Below, piece after piece: positions 18,495 to 29,288 of a stretch of DNA of 64,000 bases. Made by a program: the position numbers and the translations under genes. The notes beneath the pieces were generated by a model, which was given only the letters and a program-made list of their open reading frames with translations, ran no database searches and was not told the origin of the DNA. The stretch is from Candidatus Thorarchaeota archaeon (lineage in GTDB: Archaea > Asgardarchaeota > Thorarchaeia > Thorarchaeales > Thorarchaeaceae): assembly GCA_019057475.1 (NCBI GenBank), contig DXJO01000001.1, forward strand, positions 38,028-102,027, given 5' to 3'. Each line of letters opens with the position of its first letter. Within the stretch, counting starts at the first letter, position 1.

Positions 18495-20315
18495 TCATTC
18501 CATTCGTGGAGAAGATTCAATACGTTTGACCAGAGGATCATTCATAATATCATTCGCTTTCTCTCCCAATTTCAAGCTTCCAAGGGCTTGACATAGGTCC
18601 TCTGGTTTGGTACTGGTTTCATACCCTTGTAGAGCATCCCTGACTGCAAGAAACAAGGTCTTAGGTTTCCTAAGGTACAATTCGTAAACCAGCGCGTCAG
18701 CAATCGACTCCAAGCAGGTCACGCTTCTCACTTGATGGTCTGGTATCCTGCCAGTGTGTAGATTTTGAAGGGTGTCGAAGATTAGTGCATAAGGTCCTAG
18801 ATCGTCTGGGAACTTCATTGGCATGTCATCGATGATCCCGGTGTTGAGACATGTAGTGAGTTGTGAGTAATTTGTCAGGTAGCGTGTGCAAACATACCTA
18901 GCAAGTCTTGAGTTCAAGATCATCCCGATGGCTCTGGCGTTAAGACCCACATCAACGAGTCCTATTCTTACTGCCCCTCCTCCGTGCAAGACCCCTTCCG
19001 GTTTCATGACACACCTTGGGTAAGGATAGTTCTTGGTCGCAATGAGGAACTCGTTTTCGAAGGAGTCCATTAATGCAGGGTTATCATCGAACCAGTCATC
19101 AGCGTAGATGATATGGTCGAAGTCCAGACGATAGCGTTTGACGCTACGCCCTTTTGTTGCATATGGCACTCGGAATCTCTGACCCTTCTTCGCGCTCACG
19201 TGTTGTGATGGAATATCACGCCCTCTTGAGGCAGTCAAGATACTTCGTTTGGCTCCATCGAAAATTTTCAGGTAGATGTCGTCGAAATAGAGTGGGAAAA
19301 TTCTGCAGGATGCCAGTATCTCCCAAGGCACATCATAAATTCCCTCCACTCCTTTCCTCTTGGATACAACCTTTACGTCATGTTTGCCTTTATCTCGACC
19401 AGCCTTGCAGAAGATGCTCACCATTTCCAACGTAACGTCAGCGAACGGATTGCCCTCGTCGACAATCTCCCACAGCTGCATATCTTTCAGTATGAAGTCG
19501 CGGATCTTTGAGAACTGTCCCACTCTAAGGATGCTGTTTGGCAAAAGGAAACCAAGCTGTCCCCCTTTCTTCATTAACATCCTTGATCTGACTACGAAGA
19601 GGGCTGCAACATTCCAACTGCCAGACCGTCCCCTGTTCACATCTGTGTCGTAGCTTGATTGAATGATTCTCCTCTCCTCATCTGAGAGGATATTTCCGTA
19701 AGGCGGATTGCCAATAATGAGGTCGAATCCAGCGTTTTTGTCTTGGAAGGTCTCAGGGAACTCCTTGGGCCAATGGAACGGTCGAAGATGAGCGACGGGG
19801 TCGTATTCTTGATGAAGTGTCACTTCTCGAATACAGCCAACAAGACTGTTCCCTCTCTTGACCTGCCCAGTAAGGTCAATCACTGCTTGTTTTCGAGAGT
19901 CATCCTTGGCATCGTTTGCCCATTTGGAAAGAGAGCGTTGGCAGTGTGTAACCGGGTCCTTGAGGAGATCGACGCCAAAGAGATTGTTCATCACAATCTC
20001 TTCACGGAGTTTGACTGGCGAGGCGACGTCGTTTAGCATTTGTCGAGTGTTCTCCAACCAGTTTGCGGCTGCAAGTAGGAATACTCCTTCGCCCACAGCT
20101 GGATCTAATACCTGAATCCGGCCTAGGGTCCCGAGGATGTGCTTCTTTTCTATGCGGTTGAGTTCTGCAGCATTGCTGGATTGGCTTGCATCGAATCCTG
20201 TTCTTTCGCTGAGCCAGCGAATCAATGAATTGCTCGCTATGTACTCTGCCACACGGTGCGGAGTATAGAAAGAACCGGTTCGCTTGTTCGATTCTCTCTG
20301 TTGTCCGGACTGCAC
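18495..20315 (-). CDS. N6-adenine DNA methyltransferase (gamma class, TaqI/Eco57I-like)
   Basis: GSFYTP, LDPAVGEGVFL, GNSL, FDLIIGNPPY and a C-terminal target-recognition region. Confidence 0.92.
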   Translation of the reverse strand: MQSGQQRESNKRTGSFYTPHRVAEYIASNSLIRWLSERTGFDASQSSNAAELNRIEKKHILGTLGRIQVLDPAVGEGVFLLAAANWLENTRQMLNDVASPVKLREEIVMNNLFGVDLLKDPVTHCQRSLSKWANDAKDDSRKQAVIDLTGQVKRGNSLVGCIREVTLHQEYDPVAHLRPFHWPKEFPETFQDKNAGFDLIIGNPPYGNILSDEERRIIQSSYDTDVNRGRSGSWNVAALFVVRSRMLMKKGGQLGFLLPNSILRVGQFSKIRDFILKDMQLWEIVDEGNPFADVTLEMVSIFCKAGRDKGKHDVKVVSKRKGVEGIYDVPWEILASCRIFPLYFDDIYLKIFDGAKRSILTASRGRDIPSQHVSAKKGQRFRVPYATKGRSVKRYRLDFDHIIYADDWFDDNPALMDSFENEFLIATKNYPYPRCVMKPEGVLHGGGAVRIGLVDVGLNARAIGMILNSRLARYVCTRYLTNYSQLTTCLNTGIIDDMPMKFPDDLGPYALIFDTLQNLHTGRIPDHQVRSVTCLESIADALVYELYLRKPKTLFLAVRDALQGYETSTKPEDLCQALGSLKLGEKANDIMNDPLVKRIESSPRME

Positions 20316-20419
20316 TCTATCTGTCAGCTCCCGTCAAATGGAACTGCAAGTAGGGCATTTGAATCTATAGAAAAAAGAATCAGTAGGGGGACTTAGAGGT
20401 CCACCCTATCTTGATAGAT

Positions 20420-21298
20420 CTATCCAACCTTCTGACCGCAGTTGGAGCAGAACTTGGCGCCTTCCAACTTAGTCCCGCAGCCCGAGCAGAACTTAGCTCC
20501 TGCAGGTGTGGATGCACTGCCACCGCCGCCCTGGCCGCCTTGAGCGCCCATCGCTCCCATGAAGCCCATGCCGGCTCCAAATCCAGCACCAGGACTCTTT
20601 CCTAGTGATTCGGCTGCGCTTTTCATGGTTTCTGAGCCCATGACCTGCGCTCCACCAACACCACCGGTCTTCAACCAGAAGAGTCTCTCGCGGTACTTCT
20701 CAGTTGTATCAAGACCTTCAAACTTCAGGTCAACAAGTTCAAGGCCTAGCCTCTCGAAGGCCATCCTCACCTTTGTCTTGACCTTTAGCGAGGTCTCATC
20801 AAGCTGTGTGAACACCGTCTGCAGATCGAAGTGTGCGAATTCATCAATAATTCTCTCGTTCATAAATGAGCGGAGATAGTCATTGATCTTCTTCGTGCTG
20901 TAAGCGTTCTGATTACCCACGACTTCGTTGGTAAAGATCTTGTGTTCCTTTACACGGAACCAGAAGTTCCCGTGGAACATAAGAGGTGCAAGGTCAGATG
21001 TCTGCCCTCTCCCTCCGTATTTTCCTTGGAACTGTGATCGTGAGATGAAGATGCAGGTTGCTTGAAAAACATCACCCTTTATCTTCTTCTGAAGCCATCC
21101 CACAAGACTTGGCATGCTACTTGTCGTAAGCTTGTGGCGGCCTGCAAGGAAAGTGTCTAATGCCTTTCCATCTCTATAGAAAATCGCGGCTTGGTTCTCC
21201 TGGACGATTAGCTGGGAGCCCCATCTTATTCTGTTGTCAGGATAACGCCAAACTAGTTGATCTGGTCCTGCGTTAGTCCACTCTATCGCATCTGCCAT
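20420..21298 (-). CDS. SPFH/band-7 domain protein (YdjI-like) with C-terminal double zinc ribbon
   Basis: LVWRYP...WGSQLIVQENQAAIFYRDGKALD, Gly-rich linker, FCSGCG...KFCSNCG. Confidence 0.9.
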   Translation of the reverse strand: MADAIEWTNAGPDQLVWRYPDNRIRWGSQLIVQENQAAIFYRDGKALDTFLAGRHKLTTSSMPSLVGWLQKKIKGDVFQATCIFISRSQFQGKYGGRGQTSDLAPLMFHGNFWFRVKEHKIFTNEVVGNQNAYSTKKINDYLRSFMNERIIDEFAHFDLQTVFTQLDETSLKVKTKVRMAFERLGLELVDLKFEGLDTTEKYRERLFWLKTGGVGGAQVMGSETMKSAAESLGKSPGAGFGAGMGFMGAMGAQGGQGGGGSASTPAGAKFCSGCGTKLEGAKFCSNCGQKVG

Positions 21299-21464
21299 GC
21301 TAAATACACCCGTAACTAAATCGAGTTCTAGCTGAATAGCGTTTCTAATATGTTTTAAACATTGACATGGTCTCTCTCGCGACTCATCTTGGAAAGGGTA
21401 TCTTCAACCACCCTGCATTTCTTTTTGCCTAGTGAGCTTAGTTCTTAACGATACATGAATAGGA

Positions 21465-21935
21465 TTGCCAAGTGAGTCAATGTTGTCTGATGATGAGTTG
21501 ACAAGTGATGAAGCGGAACCAACTGCGGATTCTGAGAAGAGTCAGAAGCCCATGCGGAGAAACTTCAATCCGATGCCATTTTACTTTAGGACTGCAATAA
21601 TGATTCTCATCAGTTATTTCGTATTCTACGCTTTTGGATACTCGTTGCTGATTATGTTCATGCTGCTCATAGAGGTCAATCTTCTGCGAAGAACTTGGGA
21701 GATTCTCTCGAGCTACAGCTATGGATTCGTAAGGAAAGCAGCATACTTCAATGCAGGCCAGTCCATAGTCTACCTCATTATCTTGGCAATCAATGGCTTT
21801 ACAATAACCCAGAGCGGTGTGCCTTTCATCTTGCCCGAAATCGAGGGACTGACACTCATTTGCCCTCTGTTGATTATGGCAGCTCTATTTGGTACTACAA
21901 ATATCCTGCAAATGTATGTCCCTGACTTGAAGTGA
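21465..21935 (+). CDS. Hypothetical membrane protein
   Basis: Acidic N-terminus and 3-4 hydrophobic helices. Confidence 0.55.
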   Translation: MPSESMLSDDELTSDEAEPTADSEKSQKPMRRNFNPMPFYFRTAIMILISYFVFYAFGYSLLIMFMLLIEVNLLRRTWEILSSYSYGFVRKAAYFNAGQSIVYLIILAINGFTITQSGVPFILPEIEGLTLICPLLIMAALFGTTNILQMYVPDLK

Positions 21936-21941
21936 GTAACA

Positions 21942-22697
21942 TCAAACATCTAGAATCATGAGGTCTTCGCCGATAATTACTTCTGCGTTGGAGCGTCGAC
22001 CAACAGTTGCCAACACGCTCTTTTTGTTCGCGACAACTTCCGGTGTGAGATGTGTGAGTATAACCTTGTGAGGATCAGCTTCCTCGACGATGGCCATCAA
22101 TTCGGATGGACTTGTATGAACTCCTTCGGGATGTTTTCCATCTAACCAGTTCAGTTCATGAATGAGCAAGTCCGTTCCCTTCGCCAACTCAATTACATCT
22201 CTGCAGGGACCTGTGTCGCCGGTGTAGACAACGGATTTCCCCTCGTGTTCAATCCTGTAGGCTCTGGTGTCCATTGAACCATGAGTCGTGATGCTCGTGG
22301 ATATCGCAACAGGCCCGAGGTAAACAGTTTCTCTCTCTTCCAGTTCTATCAACTCGATTCGTATCTTATCTCTGAGATAGGGGAATGCAACTTCGAAAAC
22401 TCCACAAGCCCATTCTCTCATTGCAGGCGGACCAAACAACCTCAATGTCTTTTGATAACCAGACAACCATAGAGTTTGACAGAGGGGGATGAAGTCAGAG
22501 CAGTGGTCAATGTGGAAGTGCGTGATAAACACCGCATCGATGCTGTTGACATCAACCTGAGTTTGCGTCAGTCGATGTAGCGTGCCAGATCCGACATCGA
22601 AGAGAATCGTCTGATTCCCCACTTCCACAAGAATTCCTGATTGCACTCTATCCGGGTCCGGAAGCGAAGTACCCGATCCTAAGAGCGTGACTCTCAT
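21942..22697 (-). CDS. Metallo-beta-lactamase fold hydrolase (RNase Z/arylsulfatase-like)
   Basis: MRVTLLGSG start, THFHIDH, YTGDT, LIHE, HTSP, LTH. Confidence 0.92.
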   Translation of the reverse strand: MRVTLLGSGTSLPDPDRVQSGILVEVGNQTILFDVGSGTLHRLTQTQVDVNSIDAVFITHFHIDHCSDFIPLCQTLWLSGYQKTLRLFGPPAMREWACGVFEVAFPYLRDKIRIELIELEERETVYLGPVAISTSITTHGSMDTRAYRIEHEGKSVVYTGDTGPCRDVIELAKGTDLLIHELNWLDGKHPEGVHTSPSELMAIVEEADPHKVILTHLTPEVVANKKSVLATVGRRSNAEVIIGEDLMILDV

Positions 22698-23043
22698 GCA
22701 AATCAGAATGGTGCAACTTGCATCAAGCCTATCAGTCTTCCCATTGGTTGCCGTTGCCCGAAACTTGTACAATCGGGGACATCAAGGTCCTTGACTGATG
22801 CTCGGTTCCTGATTCATTGAGGTCTGCTCTGCAGATCCTACTGAATCTGCGACAAGTTTCACGTCCTCTCCACAGGCGTTTTCTGTTTCCGTCCAACTGG
22901 CGGCGACCAAATTGCATGCACGCTCTAGCCATCAGCATGGAACATCCACACCACTCAATCCTGAGCAGCATGTTACAAACACCTACGAAATATCTGGGAT
23001 TGTACAAGCTCTTGGCAGCTGTTGCATACCTCTGTTTCGCATT

Positions 23044-23415
23044 CTACATTGCGCGTGGCTTGGACTCCTTGGGTTTCAAGACATACTGCATTGTGTTGAC
23101 GAGAAGGTTCAATTCCCGAATTATTCTAACGCCGTCGAGTCGCTGTGCGCTTAACTTGTTCTTCAGCTCACGGCATCCTACATCCTTCATGAAACGAAGC
23201 ATGGGAACGGAATCGACGTTCATTGATCCACTCTGTACTGCCTGCCAAAGCCTGTCTATCTCGCTGCTAAGTTCGGCCTGATGCTTGAGCATCACAGGAC
23301 GTGCTTCGTTAATTCTCACATCTTCGATTATTCTTGATGCCTTACTCTTCAGAGAGTTCAACGCAGCTTCCTGATGGTGGTCTTTTGTATCATCTAGGCC
23401 GGATCTTCGTAACAC
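23044..23415 (-). CDS. Hypothetical helical protein
   Basis: 123-aa ORF with a TA-rich box upstream; no motif recognised. Confidence 0.5.
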   Translation of the reverse strand: MLRRSGLDDTKDHHQEAALNSLKSKASRIIEDVRINEARPVMLKHQAELSSEIDRLWQAVQSGSMNVDSVPMLRFMKDVGCRELKNKLSAQRLDGVRIIRELNLLVNTMQYVLKPKESKPRAM

Positions 23416-23609
23416 TCTGTTACACCAACGAATCGCTTCTCAGAGAGCTATTTAACTCCCAACAATACGTTGGGGGATTATCGACGGATTTGAACAGAGT
23501 TTGACGAACTACTCCCGTCCCACAGTGTACCAATGCGCATTTTCTTATTCACGTGGTCATGATTTCATCTTAGTATACCCTAGCAAGCGTTTTAACGAAA
23601 TATATCGAG

Positions 23610-25978
23610 GTGGCTTCGAAGTGCACCCATATGCTGCGCATTGGGAGGAAAGCAATTCTAATTACATTTACACTTAGCATGTTACTACTTGTGTTCGTAG
23701 TGACTCCTGCTTCAGCGATTTATGTTTCAGCGACGCAGGAAATCCACTCACAAAGTCTTGACATAACTGATGAGAACAAAGGATACGTTTACAGCAGTTA
23801 TCCACCATTTGGAACGCGTGACGCACTCTGGCTAGATATCAACCAAGATGTTGGCCTGAATGTGTACCAATACCATAGTATTGGTTGGACTGACTCCGTT
23901 GGATTTGTGAATGGTCCTGCTGAAACAGAGTTTTCCTTTTATGGTCAGAATAGCCGCAAACCTGGTTGGTTGGCCAATAGGTCATATCTTCCAGTCTTCA
24001 CAGAGTCTGTTAATACAACGAATGACGACCTAGAATTAACAGTGGACCAGAAGCGTGTTGTGTTTCCGCTAGGGCTTGGTCAGCAGAGTTCAATCATCTT
24101 GGAGCCGTACCTATATCACAGCGGCACACTCATGCTGTCAACCGAGGAGTTCATTCACATCACCATAGCCTCTAGAACGGATTCCGTTTCAATGAATGTG
24201 ATAGTGTACGATCCAGAGGGACACAATTTGGGATCATTGGCCCTCAATGGAGGGAACGTGGGAGTTCTCCCATTCCGACCATCTGGTCCGGGAATGTATA
24301 CAATCAGGCTATACCCCACTACTAGTGTAGAAGGACTCCTAGCGGCTGAAATCCTGCCCGTGGCTGTTACTCCACAGACGATTTAGTATGGCGAAGTCGT
24401 GGAGGTGTACTCTCTGGAAGTGAGTTCATTGTGGAAGGCGGTTCTGGATCCATAGTAATTACAGAGAAGGCTCCCACCACTCGTACATACAAGTTCAGTT
24501 CCAACTCAACCCATGCTGGCAAGATACAGTATTCACTAAACTATCCGGAGTTCTTCTGGCCGGTGCATACGCCCTTCAATCCAGAACTGAGGGTCACTAG
24601 CGATGCTTTTGTAGGGGACTACGCCGTTGCGAGATATCAAACCATGCTGGGGGGCAATATTGGACAGTATTACTACCAGTCGTTCCAAGGCGAGTCTTAC
24701 TATCTAACAGTCATCGGGATGGACGAGGTTGTCTATTTGATATACAATGAGGAGATGAGCTTAGGCCAACTGCCGCTGAACGAAGCCTTCTACCTTGAGA
24801 ACAACCGTCTCAACCCCCAGACAGTGGCGTATCAGCTATCGCTTGACGAAGATGCCATTTTGAAAGTCAACTCGACAGAGAACGTAGGCAACTATGGCTG
24901 GAACCTCTTCACTGTGCTCGATGATATGATGTACCGGTCACTCCAAGTGACTGATGGTCATTCGTTTCATAATGCTCCCAGTTACTGCCTTCCGGCCGGT
25001 GAGTACGTGGTCGTTGGCACTGGGAACTTGCCATCAAACGGCTACTACCAATTCACTCTGGGCCCGGTTTTTGACGACCTCAGTACATTGGAGGTTTCTG
25101 TTGGCCGTGCTGTGGGCGTTCGGTTCGATGTAAGTGCCATTGACTGGTACCGCACCAACATATCGCTGCTGACTCAGGACAATATCACTGTGTCAGCTGA
25201 CTATGACTTCTACAACACCTATGGTCTGCTTGTATCCGGCTATAGCCTGCTTCTTGGCAACAGAGAGGTTGGAGGACATTAGATGGCGTTTGGTGCCAAC
25301 CACACAACGAGGACTTTCTCCAGTCTTGCAGATGGTTTCCTAGTGGTTGTAATCAGCCCCTACGAAGTTAAGAACAACACTCCAGGTCCCGGAAATCTGT
25401 ACCATGACTACACTGTTGAGTACGGAATAGAGTTCGAGGACTACTCGTCAGATATCTTCAACGTAACTTCTTCAATCGCAGTAGATGCGACATCAGCATC
25501 CTATAACTTCACCCTTGGTGACCCTGGTGATGCGTCCGAAGTCTATGGACTCTCCATAGCTTGTGAAGAGGGCGTCTGGTACAATGTTTCGGTAATAGTC
25601 AGTGATGTCAGTTCTTGGTATGCTCTTGCATACCAGAACTATGAGGGTTGGACACAGTATTTGGACTGGCCAAGTCTAAGCGATCGACTCGTTGGCTCAA
25701 CAGGAAGCGAGGCAGCCTTCCAAATGGGGGCAATCAGCAATGAGATTTTCCTATCGTTCACCGCGACAAGGGTACTTGCTGGTGAGGGGAGTTTCTACGT
25801 GGAGATCACCCCACTTGTAAGCAATCAGCTTGAAGAGTTCATCCTCGAATACCAAGGAGTTCCACCTGTGACAATCGATTGGGTTCTACTAGGTGGCGGC
25901 ATCGGCGTTGTCGCTGTGGTCATTGTTGGACGTCTTCTAATCGCCAAGAAGAAGGGCAAAAGCCTCTACTCACCATAG
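23610..25978 (+). pseudogene. Disrupted surface-protein gene, paralog of 37681-40053
   Basis: Three consecutive ORFs align collinearly to the intact paralog. Breaks: TAG 24384-86, a 1-nt deletion near 24404, TAG 25280-82. Confidence 0.8.
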
Positions 25979-25985
25979 TGTATCT

Positions 25986-26018
25986 TGAGGGCCTCCGGGC
26001 CCTCACAAACTCTTTTTT
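25986..26018 (+). terminator. Stem-loop plus U-tract
   Basis: TGAGGGCC-TCCG-GGCCCTCA (8-bp stem, UNCG loop) then CAAACTCTTTTTT, just after the stop at 25978. Confidence 0.7.
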
Positions 26019-26209
26019 CCTTGTCAGGTTTTTCGCTCTTCACCGTGAAATCACGCAATGAACAATGCGACGGTAACATCGAGTATCACAGACTTGAAGA
26101 CACAAATGAGAACAATTCTATTGTAGCTTTCAAGAGGACCGTGTAATTGAACGGGAAGAGATATATCGCTTCTTGCATCCTCCCTCTCTGAGGAGTGTGA
26201 CGAGCTCAA

Positions 26210-26941
26210 ATGCGAGGAAGAGATGTCGTTATTCCTGCGTTGGTGGCGCTAGTTGTCATATTGATTGCAGCAGGGCCTGCCCTTGCCCAAACGAACCTGG
26301 TTCCCAATGAACAGAAAAGCAATGATCAACTGTGGGGTGGTGACTCTAATTCCTATATAGCTGCTCTGGAGATCGGCCACTGGACAGTTGCAGTTGAAAC
26401 AAGCTTTAGTCTCGAAGTCAAAATAACTGTGGCCCTTGATAATACCTATACTGACGTGATTGCAGTGAGTGGCGAGGGCTCAGGAGATTTCCCAACCGTT
26501 GGCTTCACATTAAATGAAAGTGCTACAGTCTACATCCGCGTTGCTGAGAACTCAATCTATGGTGACACAATGGGCTTCTACGACATTGGTGTGTACGATG
26601 ATAGCAACGTTCCAATTTTGCCCTTGTTGGGGCTCGATTTCTTCTCTTTCATGATAATCCTGACCTTCGGCATCCCATTGCTGATTATCATTGTGTGCTT
26701 GGTGTTCGCCCGAAGAAGCGCCAAGGCCCTTGGAACTATCTCCACAGATAGCGCCTATGACATTACAGCACTGCCCCGCAAGACCAGGAAGCTGCTTCGC
26801 GAGCAGCTGCCAACCAATTGTCCCAACTGCGATGGAGGGCTGACCTATGGGACAGTGCGATGGGTTGGACCACGCACTGCGGAGTGTCCCTACTGCGGTA
26901 ATCCCGTTTTGCTTGAAACTGTAGAAATCGCTTTGGACTAA
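26210..26941 (+). CDS. Single-pass membrane protein with cytoplasmic zinc ribbon
   Basis: Signal peptide, beta-rich ectodomain, TM helix, CPNCDG...CPYCG. Confidence 0.75.
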   Translation: MRGRDVVIPALVALVVILIAAGPALAQTNLVPNEQKSNDQLWGGDSNSYIAALEIGHWTVAVETSFSLEVKITVALDNTYTDVIAVSGEGSGDFPTVGFTLNESATVYIRVAENSIYGDTMGFYDIGVYDDSNVPILPLLGLDFFSFMIILTFGIPLLIIIVCLVFARRSAKALGTISTDSAYDITALPRKTRKLLREQLPTNCPNCDGGLTYGTVRWVGPRTAECPYCGNPVLLETVEIALD

Positions 26942-26977
26942 ACGTGAACCGAAAAAAAGGCAGTCAAAAAGCAAGGA

Positions 26978-27000
26978 AGAATGGGGAAGGTCCCCATTCT
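26978..27000 (-). terminator. Stem-loop between convergent genes
   Basis: AGAATGGGGA-AGG-TCCCCATTCT perfect 10-bp stem, followed by U-runs on the minus strand. Confidence 0.65.
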
Positions 27001-27022
27001 ACACATTACGGAAATGGTTGAA

Positions 27023-27583
27023 TTAATCCTGGTAGCCTTTCATGTAGCCCTCGCGCTGGTTCCACTTGTCTTCAAGGCGCTGCATGATTTGCCACATTCG
27101 ATATGTGAAGTTCCACGCCTCGTCGAACTTGCCTTGGTTCATCTGTTCGAGGAACTCCTCAGCGACATCGTTGACGTTTCCTATGTCATCGATGATAGTA
27201 GCATCGAACTCGTACATGTTGTCGAGCTCTTTCTCGTTAATCTTCTCCTTGGAACCCCAAGCAGCATATCCGTAATCGGCGTACCTGATAGCGGACTCTA
27301 TTTTATCGGCTAGAGCCAGCATGCGGTCGAAGGTTTCCCATGTCTTTTTGAGATCATAGTCGACGACCATCATCTGAAGTTTCTCAAGGTCCTGCTTGAC
27401 AAGTCTGAGCTGGTCTGCAATGAACTCTCGGAGAACTTTGTCTGCTGCGCGGCGTTCCTCCTTTTCCTGATAGCCGTGCCATCCAGGAATGTAGTGCGTG
27501 ATTCTACCAAAGAGACCACCTTTGATGTCCTTGGCTGATTTCTTCCTGATTCGTTTGGCTATCGGGTCTGTTACCTTACCCAT
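27023..27583 (-). CDS. Conserved helical hypothetical protein (IPG..GY..KE.RR.ADK..R family)
   Basis: YIPGWHGYQEKEERRAADKVLRE and IRYADYGY...KINEKEL..MYEFD. Recalled as a widespread uncharacterised family often near SPFH genes. Confidence 0.75.
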   Translation of the reverse strand: MGKVTDPIAKRIRKKSAKDIKGGLFGRITHYIPGWHGYQEKEERRAADKVLREFIADQLRLVKQDLEKLQMMVVDYDLKKTWETFDRMLALADKIESAIRYADYGYAAWGSKEKINEKELDNMYEFDATIIDDIGNVNDVAEEFLEQMNQGKFDEAWNFTYRMWQIMQRLEDKWNQREGYMKGYQD

Positions 27584-27962
27584 TTCGTTGATTCTCCTGT
27601 AGTTTGTACTGTCCCTGTAGTCAAGTACACAGGTGTCTTACCTTGGCCTCTCAGCTTTTGCTTAAAAACAATCTCTTCATTTCGTGCAGGATTGCATTCT
27701 CAGTTGTATGGAAACTTTCAAGGAGATGTGAAGAAGATTGGCCCTCCGAGAAGCATCGCAATAATTAGCACGATAATTAGGATGATTATTGCAAGCCTCC
27801 TGTACCGGGCTGTTCTCGTTATTCTGATCACCTGAATCGCCAACGATTAATGTGGGGTCCAAGACACAATACGCTTTGCCTTTTGAAACTCTACGCCGGA
27901 TGAAAGAAACAGGGGACTATTCCATGTCCCCCATTATCCTCTTTAAACTAAGATAGTACGGT

Positions 27963-29168
27963 TTACCACAACTGATACTCTCTCTTTACAAAGCCCTTCC
28001 ATACGATTGGGAGCTTCATGATTACTTCCTCCGCGATGCTGGAGATGGAACTCTGAATTGCTTCTAGATCATAGTCTCCATAGCACTCGATGTTTACAGC
28101 CCTCGGTTCGGTGATTGGTGCGCCGATTTGGCTGACCAAGTAGCAGTATACTTGATCCAGATCGGGGTGTTCCTTTGTGACACGCTCTACAATCTCTCTC
28201 GCGGCTACGTTGTAGGTTTTTCCAACATGAGAAACCGGGTTCTTGCCAGCGGCAGCCTCTAGTGTCATGGGTCTGTAGGGAGTTATCAGACCGTTAGCTC
28301 TATTGCCTCGGCCCACCTGTCCATCGTCACCATGCTCCGCCGACGTTCCAGTAACCGTCAAGTAGTATAGACCTTCATCGGGTGCGTCAGCGCCGTTGAC
28401 GTCCACAGTTACCTCTAAGTCCGTAATCTTGGATGCTAGGTCCAGCAATAGGTCCTTGGTGCCCTGCATCACATTGGCGTACTCGTGTGCGTCTTTTGTT
28501 TCCGAGGATATGATTGCAGACGCAATCTGGAGGTGAATCTTGTCGCCAACTCTGGTTCCCATCACCTTGATGTCTTCACCTATCTGAGGCCATTTTTTCT
28601 TGGTCTTGGAATCGTTGAGAAGATACTCAGATTTGAGGGTGAGTTCTTCAGTGGGAGACAATGGCGCATAGCCGACACCGAAGCTTGTGTCATTTGCTCT
28701 GGGAACCTCGAGTTCATAGTCGAAGTTGCCAACAAGGTCCGTGCTCCCCGCCCTTATCTTGTAGTCAACGATAACATCCGAATTCACATCCAAGTGTGGC
28801 AGATCCTTACTAAGCCACTCACGAGTGTGCTCTATTGCGAACTTACCCACTGGTACTTGATTCTTGAAATCCTTCCCCACGATACCCACAGCTCGACCGC
28901 TCATTAGAATGTAGATCGGCTCAATGACGTCGCCTCCACCAAAACGTGCGTTCGACTGCCCGCCGACAAGAAGCACCTTGTCGACATTGTGATGTTGAAC
29001 TCTCCCGAATACCTCCAAGTAGTACTCGCTCAATCTTACAGACAGTTCCTCTGCGGCTTTGTCACAGAGTGTATCTGGATGACCCTTGCCTTTGCGCTCC
29101 ACGACCTCAACTCTCTGCTGAGGAACTGGAAGGCTCCCTCCACGCGTGACTTCAATATTCATTGTCAA
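27963..29168 (-). CDS. mat: S-adenosylmethionine synthetase, archaeal type
   Basis: VERKGKGHPDTLCD, HHNVDK, ANDTSFGVGYAP, GEDIKVMG, GDDGQVGRGNR, AGKNPVSHVGK. Confidence 0.97.
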   Translation of the reverse strand: MTMNIEVTRGGSLPVPQQRVEVVERKGKGHPDTLCDKAAEELSVRLSEYYLEVFGRVQHHNVDKVLLVGGQSNARFGGGDVIEPIYILMSGRAVGIVGKDFKNQVPVGKFAIEHTREWLSKDLPHLDVNSDVIVDYKIRAGSTDLVGNFDYELEVPRANDTSFGVGYAPLSPTEELTLKSEYLLNDSKTKKKWPQIGEDIKVMGTRVGDKIHLQIASAIISSETKDAHEYANVMQGTKDLLLDLASKITDLEVTVDVNGADAPDEGLYYLTVTGTSAEHGDDGQVGRGNRANGLITPYRPMTLEAAAGKNPVSHVGKTYNVAAREIVERVTKEHPDLDQVYCYLVSQIGAPITEPRAVNIECYGDYDLEAIQSSISSIAEEVIMKLPIVWKGFVKREYQLW

Positions 29169-29224
29169 TCAACTCGTCTTTCCAGCGGGCCTGAAGTGAA
29201 ACTACTTAAGTCTATACATACCTG

Positions 29225-29270
29225 ATTCTCATGGGTAATACTGCAAGTAATATCAATTACCCCTAGGAAT
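29225..29270. promoter_or_regulatory. Array of three ATTAC-N5-GTAAT-like sites in the mat / HTH-CBS divergent promoter
   Basis: ATTCTCATGGGTAAT (29225-39), AATACTGCAAGTAAT (29237-51), ATTACCCCTAGGAAT (29256-70). Confidence 0.5.
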
Positions 29271-29288
29271 ACAAGGTGGGGTTCCAGT

